Part shown: one piece after another, positions 23,038 to 37,266 of the stretch
Position numbering within the stretch: position 1 is the first letter of the stretch
Layout: each line of letters starts with the position of its first letter
Source: Laetmonice hystrix
Lineage: Eukaryota
Assembly (NCBI GenBank): GCA_965235115.1
Contig: OZ249440.1
Coordinates: 19,654,001 to 19,718,000 of the forward strand
DNA: 64,000 nt
Reading direction: 5' to 3'
Translations under genes and position numbers: made by a program
The notes under the pieces: model-generated
Told to the model about the DNA's origin: nothing
The model's input: only the letters and a program-made list of their open reading frames with translations
Database searches by the model: none

Positions 23038-26000
23038 GGGGGGGAGGGAGAGAGATGTATTGCAGGGTCCACTGTAGCCCTTCTTTAATAATAGGGGGAT
23101 CCACTGTAACCCTTCTTTAATAATAGGGGAAATCTTTCACCAAGGCGACAGGTTTGAAGATGGTTCTCGTATCATTATACCAAGCTGTTACTGACCTTCG
23201 CCCCTTGGGACGGGCCACTAATAAGATGGGTTAATTGGACCCAGACCCTGTAAACATTAGTTAATGTCTGACTGGACACCTGTCTACTATAGGCCTTGTT
23301 ATCAGCCTCCACCTCGTCAGTGGGCAGGGATGAGGTGAACAAATCATTCACGGACAATTCCGTCCAATTATGTTTCTAACAGTACGTAGTGTGCCACTCT
23401 CAGCTGATCTATAGAAAAAATATGAAAATAAAATACTAAATAGTGCATTATCTGAATAAATAAATACTTTGGTGTTAGATATATCAAGGCAAAGAGAGAC
23501 CTCGGGCACATTCGAAGTGTGCGGAACTTGTCCTATTCATAGATTTATCAATGCTATATGAAAAGTGTAACCTTCAGGGATAAAGTCACTTATTTAAAGG
23601 TCACATGTAAACTGTGAAAAGGTAAGCAGATTACCAGGGCACTCCAAATTCACCGTAACTTGCGATGGCCCTGAATATCCTGTTACTCCGGAAACCACCG
23701 TCTTCTCTCTGACAGGAAATAGGTGGCGCCACCTCCGGAAGATATTTGGACTAAGCTGACAGAGATTTGTGCAAAACATATTCACTATAAGTTTATGTAA
23801 AATGGAAACACGAGTAAGGGGCACTAAACAGGTATCGGTGTGGTATTTTTGTTATTATTTAAGGATAGGACTACCGAATGAGTGATGTTGTTGCGTGCAC
23901 CTTGGAAATGTGCTACGTTTACGCATACTATTTCATTTAAAAGGTGATGATCTAGATAAGGGCAAAATGGAGTGATTTTATAAATATCGCCTTCCTTCAG
24001 ATTAACGCTAGGTCTTATCATCATGCGTCGGTGCACCCATAGCTTCATCGTATAGACTACGGATGCGCAAGTCAATTTCTCTTCTGGGTCATCCTCGGCC
24101 CAAACCTCGTTCGTTCTTCGATCACAAATACCACCGATGGAAGATTTTGCACTGCAGTATTTGCTATGGCAACACCATGTGTGAAGAATATGAGTGCGCA
24201 TGCGTTTGGATTAGGACCTCAGCCCGTGAGGATCAGCAGTTATCCTGACTTGGTAATCCACGTCGTGGTCGTCTTTGATGTCGATCTGCGGGATCTATAA
24301 CTTGTGTCCTGTAGATAACTTATGGCTGAACGTCAGTGGTTTCGCTTTTTACAGTAATCCACAGTCCTTTAAGGGAATACTTTCAGATCTGTGTTTTAGA
24401 AGACTGCATTACGGTGGTGGGGATGGGGGGGGGGGGGGGGTGGCGGGTAGATATAATGCTGGCGTGCATGCCAGCATTATATTGTTCATATCCAGGATAT
24501 TTCTCTGGAATTTCTGGAATCATTCTTCCAATCCAAAAGGCCTTTACCTAAAGACTGCAATTATGCTTCCAGTACTACTTGATACGGAATGGAAGTCAGG
24601 CCGGATTAAAAAGGAACTTGGTCGCGGCTGCCAGTTAATTGTAAAGACAAACACAACCATAATCCAATGGTTTGCTGCCAAGTACTCATGTTGCATGGCA
24701 AACCTTGCCCCAAGCTGCCTATTGTTTGTGGTTATCTGACTATTCGATTAACAAGAAATATGACAACAAACGTTCAAGTAGGGAGACAGAGAAACCCTCA
24801 GATAGTTCGGTCATTCTTCACCCTTTTGCTATTTTAATGGATGAAATATTCATCTGCTTTGCAAATAACACATAAGCTTGAGGTTGTTAATGTTTTTATT
24901 GTCAGACGCTGTGAGCCAAAATTGTCGATTTTTCCTTCAGAAATCTTAGCAAGTAAACTCAATTAATCAAGCATTCCAAGGTCGGTCTTTCAAACGATAT
25001 TGATACCAAGTGTAGACGTTGAGACAGCCATTCCAGCGTTTTACAGTTGGTGCAATCATAATGTAGGTAGGTTAATGCCATAGAGACACCGATCTTCTTA
25101 GTTTCCAGTGATAAACGTATGAGCTGGTCATATGTTGAAGCATTGCCAGTCAATGAAGGGATCAGGGAAGCAATAACCCGACCATGTATCGGTGTGCTTT
25201 CACATGGAGGGTAGTCCCCAATACAACACTCCCTGATGTCTCCACAGAGCTGGCAATTTCCTGAAGATTACGGCTCAGGCACAGGACGGGAGAGCATAAA
25301 TGATATGATTATTCATGGCCACAGCAGACAGAACGAGACAGGCTCGTTGGTTTTATGTGCCACGGCATTGAAAACATTGTAAAACCATCCTCTGGAGGGT
25401 GATCCCTGCAGCAGTGAGAACATAACATTGAAGTTTCAACAGGAAAATGGTGTCACTAGCGTCAAGCGTTAAGTGTTTGACATCATTATAGCTTATCTCA
25501 ATCCGATAATAACAGATTTCATTAATATTGAAATTCACTGTTAATTTCCGCTGGGATGACGTTGGTTTGAGACCAACGTTGGAAAATGGCGATCACTGCT
25601 AGATTCCGTCACACATGACATGCTAGACTAGTTTCCTCATCTCTCGGCGTGCCAGAGTTGCTCTGATGTACTGTTGGATTCAGTCTTTGATAACTTCCCT
25701 CATACCCTCGGTTTTTGTTATTTATATTCACGCCAAGTTTGAGGTGGCTTGACGGCCGAGTAATAAAGTAACTTTCGTTTCCAGTTTGATTCCACTGCCA
25801 CACAAAACCCACCCTAAGCGTACTTCTCGCTGAAGAGTAGAATCGGTGTCATAATCTCACCAATCAACATTGTAACCAAGTGAAGAATACGCGGCACCCT
25901 TCGATACTGGCTTGATGTTAAACAGTCATTCAATTCATCGTTCCCTTAAAATCAACATATCTCCTCCTGTCGTTGTCAACTTCGCAGAAAGCTGAGGCTC

Positions 26001-26754
26001 AGAGCACCACTCTTGATGCATCATCATCCCGATTCGTCCTCTGCTTCGTCTTCTTCGCTCCATTTCCTCATTCATCAATTCCTGTTTTGACCCTCTATGC
26101 CGTCTTAACGTTATTGATGCCCTTGAAGGACGGCCGTTCAGTGAAAGTAAAGGTTGTCCTTGGATAAACACCGTCATTCTTGTCCCAACCACTAAATCAC
26201 TGGCTTCAGTAGTACATTAATCTGATTCTATGAGGTAAGGATTGCGTTGATTTATATACCAGCCTCTCCTTAATTTGTGGACATTGACGTGGTTGGTCAA
26301 GGCAAGGAAGATACTGCACGGGTGACTGGGACTCATCTGCTTTGAACCAAGATTTCGCTGTCAAATATGACCTTGGCACCTCGTCTGAGCAAAGGCCCAG
26401 GTCGGGCAAGTCTACTTTACCAAACCGAGTATTTTTACGAACTGAAGCGAAGCCTTAGGCACTCAGTCTTATCTCCTAATTCCGTGTCAATCCTTCAGAA
26501 CGGATGCATATTGCCACAGAGATTAATGCTCCACACTTGTAAGATTGCTCTAGTCGTATTATCACACCACATATTCCGAATGTACCGTGAGTGGCATATT
26601 TGTAATAATAATTATTAATTCAATATGATCATTATAAAGTCATGCCGTTTATTAAGGAAGGTAAGAAAAATAGTGTTCATGGGTTCATTATAATATAGGG
26701 TCACGTCGTAGCTGTAAACTCGAGAAATAACTTTTAACTAATCTGAACGCAAAT

Positions 26755-27062
26755 CACGATTATCTCTTATATCAATGATTCCAGAATGAAGACATGGGCC
26801 GTTAGGTTAGATAAGGCCTCAGACTACATAAATTTTTTCATTGGCTGTTCAGTCAATGCCAGGTCAACGATTTTGTCAACAACCAGCCATAAACCGATCG
26901 TTTCATAGCGAAAAGAAGGAACTGAAATGTTGAACTTTATTAGATTTGCCCATTTCTGTGCCATGGGTTTACATAATTTATTGATTTTTGTAGTCTAAGG
27001 CCTTATCTAACGTAACAGCCCATGTCTTCATTTTTTGAGTCATTGAAATAAGCGCCAATCGT
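26755..27062. mobile_element. About 300-bp MITE with about 75-bp imperfect TIRs
   Basis: Left TCAATGATTCCAGAATGAAGACATGGGCCGTTAGGTTAGATAAGGCCTCAGACTAC pairs with right GTAGTCTAAGGCCTTATCTAACGTAACAGCCCATGTCTTCATTTTTTGAGTCATTGA. Relatives at 1100-1395 and 50135-50335; exact ends uncertain. Confidence 0.85.
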
Positions 27063-28995
27063 GGTTTTTAAGTATACAACACAGAACAGGGATTTTATTA
27101 TTTATATTGGCAATATTAATTACCTTAAATCCACTCAAACAAAACGGCATTGCATTAATTTTGTCGTGCATTTAATCCAAATAGATTTATGTCCGAACAA
27201 CAGGACCTGAGCAGAGAATAGAAATATATATGTCATCCGTAATCTATAATAAACTCATAAATCCTACATGGATACCGAGACCAATACCGTACTTCAACTT
27301 GATGTTTAGTGACAGAGATTCAGTGTAAAACAGGGAAAGTATAATTGCCTTCAGAAACAGCAAACATTGGCCGATTTCTTTTTCCTTGGCTGCGGATTAT
27401 TACTATACCCTTGGAGAGAAACCTTTTTTACTTTCTATGCCTTTGTTTGCTGTAGTTACTGCTCAATATGTAGTTACATCACTTTCAAACATGAAATATT
27501 CCTTCCGTCTTTATTAGCATGCATTATCAATGGTAAGCATATTACTGTATAAATATCAATGTGCCTAGCGGTAATTTTTCATAAGAGTTAAATGTTAAGC
27601 CTATAAAGATCACAGTTTCCATGGTCCCAGGACCTGGTTTAAAAAGACACAGTAGCTGATCGTCAGTGATTATGGACGTAGAGAAGATATACTAAGGATT
27701 ATCTGTGCTTCCTTCATAAATACCTGGGGAAAGTCTCTGTTTTTCATTGCACATCAAAGGTAACCCGCACAGGATGTTTGCGTGTGTATTAGAGACGACT
27801 AAATCCGTAAGGCTGCACCAATCGTTTAAAACATGGCGGCAGAGTTTCAAGGATGGAAATAAAGTAGGCCTATATTGAACGAGAAGGACACTGCTACATC
27901 ATCTTGTCTGATACAAACTCCTGACACGCACTGCCGGTATGTGTTTCATGACATTGAATGACCATACATGAGGTTGAAATGTATCTCCAGGGTTCAGCGA
28001 AGTTGTAGTTGGAGATGTCCTGTCAATTTTTGGTGCACATCTTTATGTGCAACTCAAGGGTGGCAACGTCTTGGATTACGTCTCAGATGGCATATCAGCT
28101 CCGAGAACCCAAAGTCAATCATTTGTTTCTTGACAGCAATGGTACTCCATGTGACCGCAGTATATTTCAACAACTTCAAAGTGCGATATTTGGCGTGAGC
28201 GAGGAGTATCTCGACTGGCGGGTGGTTCGCCGACAGTCAGTCAAACAACCACCCACATTCGTGTGTAAAAACCTAACCGTAACATCATTTCCGTTTCGTC
28301 AAGATATCTCCTATAAACTTTGACACATGAGTGTTGTGTCATCATCTGAACCCACTGAAGATTAACCAGCGCCGATATCTGATGCATGCCGTCTATCGGG
28401 CTTAGCGTTTGCCAGGCCAGCCCACATTCAGGGGACCCCAGCTGGGGGCTACCAGGGTCTGATCCATTTCAGAGGCTAATCCATAGCTAATCCGCGTGGC
28501 GCATTGAATACGTTTGCACGCATGTCCACACGTTGCTTCGCCGACTGCATGAGTTTGGTGTGCCTTCCGCGCTCGTATGATCAAATGATGGATTACGATG
28601 GTGCTGGTGGTGGTTCTGGTGGTGGTGGTGGTGTAGAGGGCGGACCACTAACCTTGACCTCCTAGGATGTCATGGAGGTGGCACTTTTAGTGACCTCTGT
28701 CCATCCCAACAGATTCGGTCGGAGAACATGGACTGGGCGCGGAGGTGGACGGGGTCAAATAATTTCTTGCCCCCCCCCCACCTACGTATCTTACACATTC
28801 AGCATATCGAGGGGCGGGGCTCCAGGGAAGAGTTATGTAATCATTTATCTTGTCGCCAATAATCAGACCAGAGATCTAACATGATTGTAACGGCGACAAT
28901 GAACAGACATGGTTCAGATAGACAAAACAAGTTAAATATTCTGACTAAATATCGGATTCTCGATGATCATGATGTGCTTTACGCTAAATATGGGG

Positions 28996-29130
28996 TGGGG
29001 GTGGGGGTGCCGCAGTGGTTATACCGCGGGATTTTGATCCAATGCTTTGTGGGTTGGAGCCACGGCCTCGCCGGACCTTCCTGTATATAGCAGTGCTGCC
29101 GACTGTCCCCCTTGAGGATCAGGGGTAAGA
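28996..29130 (+). mobile_element. Probable degenerate SINE head
   Basis: A-box-like TGCCGCAGTGGTTA and B-box-like GGGTTGGAGCC, then GCAGTGCTGCCGACTG identical to 2830-2845. Confidence 0.45.
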
Positions 29131-29373
29131 GTTGGTGTGGGGAAGTGACCGGATTACAAAATCATCTGCGTGGCACAGATGAATTTCCTTGCTTCCAGTA
29201 CCATTATTTCTCCCTGTGATGTAATTGTCTATGGTAACTTTCCATGGTCACGGAAGTGGCAATGTAGAGAAATTAAAAGTATCTGGAAAAGAACAACTTG
29301 GTGTTCGAGTTGTGTCTAATTGAAATGGGCATTACTTTACAGCGGATATAAAGAAAACAACTTCTAGGCGCGG

Positions 29374-31250
29374 ATCCACAGGGAGGATAACGGACACGTA
29401 TACCACCCTATCCACAGGGAGGATAACGGGCACGTATACCTCCCTATCCACAGAGAGGATAACGGGCACGTACCTCCCTATCCACAGGGTGGATAACGGA
29501 CACGTACCTCCCTATCCACAGGGTGGATAACGGGCACGTACCTCCCTATCCACAGGGAGGATAACGTGCACGTACCTCCCTATCCACAGGGTGGATAACG
29601 GACACGTATACCACCCTATCCACAGGGAGGATAACGGGCACGTATACCTCCCTATCCACAGAGAGGATAACGGGCACGTACCTCCCTATCCACAGGGAGG
29701 ATAACGGACACGTACCTCCCTATCCACAGGGAGGATAACTGGCACGTACCTCCCTATCCACAGGGAGGATAACGTGCAGGTACCTCCCTATCCACAGGGA
29801 GGATAACGTGCACGTACCTCCCTATTCACAGGGAGGATAACGGGCACGTACCTCCCTATCCACAGAGAGGATAACGGGCACGTACCTCCCTATTCACAGG
29901 GAGGATAACGGGCACGTACCTCCCTATCCACAGGAAGGATAACGTGCACGTACCTCCCTATCCACAGGAAGGATAACGTGCACGTGCCTCCCTATCCACA
30001 GGGAGGATAACGGGCACGTACCTCCCTATCCACAGGGAGGATAACGGGCAGGTACCTCCCTATCCACGGGGTGGATAACGGGCACGTACCTCCCTATCCA
30101 CAGGTAGGATAACGTGCACGTACCTCCCTATCCACAGGGAGGATAACGGGCATGTACCTCCCTATCCACGGGGAGGATAACGTGCACGTACCTCCCTATC
30201 CACAGGGAGGATAACGGGCATGTACCTCCCTATCCACAGGGAGGATAACGTGCACGTACCTCCCTATCCACAGGGAGGATAACGTGCACGTACCTCCCTA
30301 TCCACAGGGAGGATAACGGGCACGTATACCTCCCTATCCACAGGGAGGATAACGGGCACGTACCTCCCTATCCACAGGGAGGATAACGGGCAGGTACCTC
30401 CCTATCCACGGGGTGGATCGGGCACGTATACCTCCCTATCCACGGGGAGGATAACGTGCACGTCCCTCCCTATCCACAGGGAGGATAACGGGCATGTACC
30501 TCCCTATCCACAGGGAGAATAACGTGCACATACCTCCCTATCCACAGGGAGGATAACGTGCACGTACCTCCCTATCCACAGGGAGGATAACGGGCACGTA
30601 TACCTCCCTATCCACAGGGAGGATAACGGGCACGTACCTCCCTATCCACAGGGAGGATAACGGGCAGGTACCTCCCTATCCACGGGGTGGATCGGGCACG
30701 TATACCTCCCTATCCACAGGGAGGATAACGGGCATGTACCTCCCTATCCACAGGGAGGATAAGGGACACGTACCTCCCTATCCACAGGGAGGATAACGGG
30801 CATGTACCTCCCTATCCACGGGGAGGATAACGTGCACGTACCCCCTATCCACAGGGAGGATAACGTGCACGTACCTCCCTATCCACAGGGAGGATAACGG
30901 GCATGTACCTCCCTATCCACAGGGAGGATAACGGGCATGTACCTCCCTATCCACAGGGAGGATAACGGACACGTACCTCCCTCTCCACATGGAGGATAAC
31001 GTGCACGTACCTCCCTATCCACAGGGAGGATAACGTGCACGTACCTCCCTATCTACGGGGAGGATAACGTGCACGTCCCTCCCTATCCACGGGGAGGATA
31101 ACGGGCACGTACCTCCCTATCCACAGGGAGGATAACGGGCATGTACCTCCCTATCCACGGGGAGGATAACGTGCACGTACCTCTCTATCCACAGGGAGGA
31201 TAACGGGCATGTACCTCCCTATCCACAGGGAGGATAACGGGCACGTACCT
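29374..31250. repeat. 34-bp minisatellite (36-bp variants), about 55 copies
   Basis: Consensus TACCTCCCTATCCACAGGGAGGATAACGGGCACG, with internal hairpin CCTCCCT-ATCCAC-AGGGAGG. Confidence 0.98.
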
Positions 31251-31914
31251 ATATACAAGCCCTCAAGGAAAATGTGACACATAGACCCAAAATATTTGTG
31301 CCGACAGCATTTATTTATTCATTGAAAGGCCCTGATTTCTAGTATCATAATTATAAGGGAACCGTCAATTAGTTATAATATCCATACGGTGTATAATAAT
31401 AATTATAGAAAGAAACCACTTAAACTAATGCGGAATCAAATTGGAGAGTTAACGTTGTTGTTCGAGAATAGACGAGGATGACATGCTTTGTATAGCAGTA
31501 GAATTTGTTCCCCTCGCCTTCACTTTGTACAAATAGGCTCATGAAAGAAGTAGGTATTTTCGTTTGGAAGATTGGATGTCAGACACAATATTGCAGATGT
31601 AAACATGATCGTAGCAACAAACAGCCGTTTTAATAGAAGGTCTGTGTTATCGACGCTACTAATGGATATGGATTAGACTTATTGAACTGGAAAACACATT
31701 TTGTTTTCATTCTTTGCGCTCAGATCTAGAGACCATAGTGTCTCTTTTAGCGACCAGGCTTTCAACATTATGCCGTTTTATACGCCCACGTAAAACGTTT
31801 ACTATAGGGAAGGAGAGGGCCTATGTTACCATCGATCAAAGTATCACCATATACATCGTGCATGCATCAGATCGTGTCTCCAAAATGTTAACATAGACGG
31901 CCCCTTCGAGGGTG

Positions 31915-31920
31915 GAGAGG

Positions 31921-31952
<32 letters not shown>

Positions 31953-31957
31953 GAGAG
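31915..31957. repeat. (GA)n microsatellite
   Basis: Direct reading. Confidence 0.95.
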
Positions 31958-34900
31958 GGGGGAGGGGGGCATAGGCTCGCTCTCTGCTTATTAAGACCTG
32001 GTATATGAGTGTATATTGATCCATCTTTATCTTTATGTAGTCAAAACTCAGAGGCTGTATATGTGTAAAGTGTTGTAGGTTACTTTTATTGCGTCGAGTC
32101 CGTATTTTGATAGTACACCAAGAGGCTAAACCCCAGTAAGAGTCATGTGTATGCACTAGTCCGCCAGCTCGGCCAATTTTCGTATGGTTGACCGGAGTGA
32201 ACAAAAATAAAGAATACACGAGGATGCATAATCAAAGATATATCCTGGGCCCACATAATAACTGGCATCTGGTTGGTTAATTTAATGCAGACATGAATAA
32301 GGTATGTAATTTTACTATGGTACTCGATTATACCTATAATCATGTCCTTATTTTTTATTACTCTACGGTTAACCATACCCGTACAACGCCCAAATCCTTG
32401 CCTTACTTAGTGAAGTGTAAGAAAGGAGACGGCCCTCTCGTCAAGAACCTGGAGTTCCCCCACTATTCACTTCGAAGTGATCGAGTGATTATTGATTTGA
32501 ACTGAATTACAATCGGATAATTAAGGTTTCAATCAGCATTCCAAAGGAGATCATGCACTTTTTGTATTCCCTTTGTAAACAAAGGTGGCAAGGATAAATA
32601 GGTTGCTTGGTCAGAATTGGCGCCTGCGTGCTAGCTCTGCTCGTATATATATTTGTGACCTATCGTCATGGTTTCCGCCCCCTCCCACCATCCTTTGTTT
32701 TCCTGCTTTGCTTGTATTGTCGTACAATCTGTGACAGTCCCCGGTTATAGTCGAAGGTGAGGGAGACCTTCATTTTGTTGTTGTTGTTCTTGGACTTGCC
32801 CGCATGGCGGATCGTATTTGGGGGAATCTTTAAGAGACATTACAAATGACCATCCAGTATTAATGTGCTGTGCTGGCAACCAGTATGTTCACGCGGTGCT
32901 ACAAAGACGGCTAATTTTCACCGAATGTTCGGTCTTCACCGAATGGCCGTGACATGCCCTTGAGACGGTCTGATTATGAATCGTATTCAATGACACAGAA
33001 CTTTTCTAAGTCTGCAATGTTGAGGAGTTCTCGAAATTGCAATTTGGCTGATAGATTTGTGGATATTCGTCAATCTGTCCCGGACTGATAGAGGAGCGGG
33101 CCGCCGGGCGAGACAAGCATTTGTTTATAGATAATACATTTACTTACCATCGGAAAGTCTAAAAGGGTCTGGGTAGAAGGTGTGGCCGTGTAAATGATGG
33201 TATGGTGAATTGAACAAGAATTTTCATTATTTAATCAACCAATTATACAGCTGGGGCTTCCTGATAACATTTAATAACTGATAAAAATGATACGAAGAAA
33301 GATCTATCAGTGACAACCCGAAACTTAATGATTACCGTGGAAATTTGAGATCAACCAAAATTCACCGAAAGAAATTGCGGATTATTATGCGAAGAAATGT
33401 ATTGGATACGATATGGTCGATCAGAATCAGAAAGTTGGCGCTGCAGTTTCCCAACAACCTCCTGAATTCGGTAGTGAACATTTTCTCCTAATCCGGTATT
33501 ATGTACAATTTTGACTTACGTAGGAAAAGTCAACGGGAAAAAGACAACATCACATGCACCTCCCATGCATCCAACCACTTTTTCAAAATCGTAAAAAAGG
33601 AGTAAATCTTGTTACAAACTGAACGCATCCGACTCTATCGATTAGTCGCCAATTCTGAACGCTTGATGTCTTATTAAGTACTTCAAACGCCACCGCCATG
33701 CAGTTTGATTTATATGTCGTTATATCGTTCTGCTACAATTACATTGTAATATCATAACATATAATTTAATGTACAAAATGTATTCTCAACGTCCCTGGAT
33801 TTGATTCACGGCATCGTTCATGTTAAGCGTGAAGTTTGCGACCGGAAGTCATAAAGGAGTGTGCAATGTGCATGCTCCAACGGAAAGAGAAATGTTGAGC
33901 GGGGGTTCCGGACTGGTTGTAGGCGGTTGTGGGCCGGCAGACGCCGACCAGGTCAGGGCGGGAAGCTGCCTTCCTTGGCCGCGGTGTCCGTAAAGCTGTT
34001 CGCATGCGCTGTCACCCACAGTGTCGACCATCGGCACACGGCTGTCGGTTGGTGTTCCGTCGGTGATGTCGCTACTGGCGACAAGGCCGACACTCTCACG
34101 TCATTACGTCCAGCAGGGTCAGCGTCCCGTTGACCGGACACTCGACACGTGTCTGTGATGTCCATTTCCTGGCACGTGCTTGTGAGCAGCCGACATTGCC
34201 AGTGGTGGACAATGGTTGCTTGTTGACATAGGAACCAATTGCACTGGTAGGCAATGGTTAGCCTGAAGCCAAGGGCAGATGACGAGCCCAGAGAACAAGC
34301 GCTTCACTCAATGACACATGGCGGAATAAGCCCCAGAACGAAAAGAAAGGAGATAGGTCTGCACCAATCTATCTTCCAGCTGGCTACTTTATCTACAGTC
34401 GTTTACTTGTAAGCTTATTGCCTGTCGAGGCCGCGTTGGAAAGTTAATGAAGTCGATTTTCTCTGAGCACAGCTCCGTACGTGCACGCCCCAGAACGGGT
34501 ATTTGTGGCCGGCCGGAAGGGGCCCGGCATTTCGATTGTGGCTCACCACCCCTTTGGTTCACCCCCTCCCCCCAACACACACACCCTCCCCCCAACGCAC
34601 GCGTTGGGCTGGAACGCCTACCCCCCACCAGGTGGCGCCCCACCTGACAACGGCGCTGACAAATGAGGCTGCCACGTCTTTCTGTGTGGAACAACCTTTG
34701 ATGCTCGACAGCATGGCTTCCGAGAACCAGAGACCTAAGGCCAATCACCGGAAGCATGAAGGCTTTGTGATGTACACATGTACGGAGGATCTTTCGCCGG
34801 GCTGTGGCGACTGACGTCGAACGAGGTCAGTTCATGAAGAACAGTTACTATACTGGAGGATCGAGTCAAGCACCTGATCTCCGCATGCTGTCAGACGTGG

Positions 34901-36410
34901 GAATAACCGGGGCAGTGAGAAGTTTCACGCCACTGATACTCTATAGTTGTCGACTGTCGTTTCGCGTGGAACTATATCATCTACCAATACTCCATGTAGT
35001 TTACAGTAATTCGTCCGCGTGGTGTAAAGGTGTAATCAGTGCGTACCGAAACGGTAACGAACATTTGCCAATCGATGTTAACAGGTCGGGCCCGAGGAGA
35101 ATAACAATACAGTGCAAGACTGAGCTCAACCAACGAGCCAAAATACCTACAAACAAGTAAGTCTTGAGTTTGAGTTTATCGAAGTCATCTTAGCGGACGG
35201 CAGAATGATACTAACACTCGTCTTGTTTTGAAATATTTGAAGGAAGTTACTTTCTTGGCAATCGTTCGTGTGTCAAAGCGCGCCAGCCTGAGATTATGGG
35301 ATGTCCTGATGTGGGCCGGAGGTTGCTAATCTCTGCACCCAATTAAACAGAAGTCAGCCAGATTCCACCAGACTTAACGCCCACTAGCACGGAGGTCTTA
35401 CCTTCCTCTCCCTTCCTGCCTCTCCCCTGAATAATGACAGGTAATTTTATTTATAAAATGAGCGCTTATTTTAGCCAACGTTATGCTAGGTGGAGGTGGC
35501 ATGACCGTACATTGTGTTGGCCGAGCTTGAAGACGGTGATTCAAGGCAGACTGTCAGGTTGGGTGGCGGTCCAGGGTAAACTCTCTTATCGTCGGGGGAC
35601 TGGTGAACAGCCACCTGCCCAAGTCCCCGCGTCGACCTGCATCACCACCCGTTCTCTATCACCCACAGCGCATTCAGAGCGCGCTAAGAAGCCTGTTTGA
35701 TTTGTATGCATCTACGATGCGGTAACCCGTGAAGAGGCCATTAATATGTACGAAAAGAGTCAGTGCTTCCATTAGGAATTCCAAGGTGGATTCAGGGTGA
35801 AAGTACCTCAATAATCTACACCAGTACATCATCGTATCGAGGCGGCGCGCTCAAGCTGTCCGGCCCGGGGAGCAGCTCGCCACCGGGGAGTGAGGGCGAC
35901 TGCCCACCGACGTCTGCCCACCTTGACCGTAACAGGTCCATCGAAGCGCACCCGACCTTTCTTATTTATGGTTGGGTGATGATCGATATGACCGGTGTCT
36001 TTAGACGGCCGCTTGCTCATTCACCAGCTAAGTTACCCTGCCACGGAACGTGGACTGGAGCGTTACGTCTAAAGCAAAACGTAATGTCGGAGCTTGGCCG
36101 GTCATGTCCTGTATTCGGCTGCACTGATTGTAAAGTGGCTGTCTCCTTTCATATCTGTCTACACCAGAGTTTTTGGTCCGGACAGATTACTAAGGTCACC
36201 AAATTGTGAGGTTTCACATAAATAACCTAAATTTGATCAGACGAAACGTAAGGCCAAATCCTAACAGAACCTCATAATTGGACGAGGTGAAAATAAGAAA
36301 ATATGAAAGTGAAGAAAACCTCCCAGTATGAGGAGAATGATGTTAGGTATACGGTGATTATAATACGTGATATGTACTGATTGTCACCCAAACTAGTTTA
36401 TCTAAACATA

Positions 36411-37266
36411 TATCGGGTGGATAAAAAAAAACGCCCCGAACTTTAAACTCCAATATTTCAAAAAGTTTTGATTGTAATTCAATGAAATTTTTCTTACTAT
36501 CACTTTATGATGTTGTCTCTTAGTTGTTAATGTTACAACTCAATAGCTTGGATAATATTTCCGTAGCGCTGAAAACAAAAATCATTGTACAAAAGCGCAA
36601 TGCCGGCCTAAAGTGAGTGGTAGTCGCACCAGAGTCCCTGGCCTCACACTAGAGTAGGTGTCAATCGGTCCCCCGTTTTCACTTCATACTGCTCTCAGTC
36701 TCTTTTTACATCGCCAAAGCACTTCCTGATCTATGATAGGGAATTATCTTCCCATTATTGGGAAATAAGCAGCGTTCTGAACGTGTTGCTAAACGTGATA
36801 ATGATACGATTTCCCTTAAACTTCTGCTTACAGTCATATCGTCCTAATGTTGCAGTTTCTCTGTAGGGTTTGGCAAATTAAACATCTGGGTTTCTCTAGA
36901 AGTACTAGGAATAGGACATAATTTATTATATCTAGTGGTTCACAACATTATACATATTGTAAAACATGCAAAAACTAAATATTGAAAATGTTTTTACCCA
37001 AAGTACAATGCGGTGCATCAAACAGGTATCAAATTGGACACCTGGCAGCTGCATGATATTTGACCTAATTCCGGCATTGTGTTTTTAGACACTGATTTTT
37101 GTTTTTAGCGCCACGGGATTAATATCAAAGCTATTGAGCGGAAACTTTAACATACAAGAGATAATATCATGAAATTATATTAAGAGAAATTTTATTGAAT
37201 TATAATGCAGATTTATTGAAATATTAAAGTTTAAAGTTCGGGGCGTTTTTTTTTATCCACCCGATA
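36411..37266. mobile_element. 856-bp Tc1/mariner-like MITE with about 195-bp imperfect TIRs
   Basis: TATCGGGTGGATAAAAAAAAACGCCCCGAACTTTAAACT is mirrored at the right end; similarity continues to about 36606/37071. TA at 36409-36410 and 37267-37268. Confidence 0.9.

Noticed and set aside
23594-24372. Kolobok element or THAP domain
   Set aside because: Only TTAAAGG matches between the ends, and the THAP-like motifs are in the wrong order.
29374-31250. DnaA-box array (CTATCCACA)
   Set aside because: One mismatch to TTATCCACA, repeated only because it is part of the unit; no bacterial context.
36639-36652. 14-bp identity with the Kolobok-like right end (39084-39097)
   Set aside because: Several 14-mer matches are expected by chance in 64 kb, and the match does not extend.
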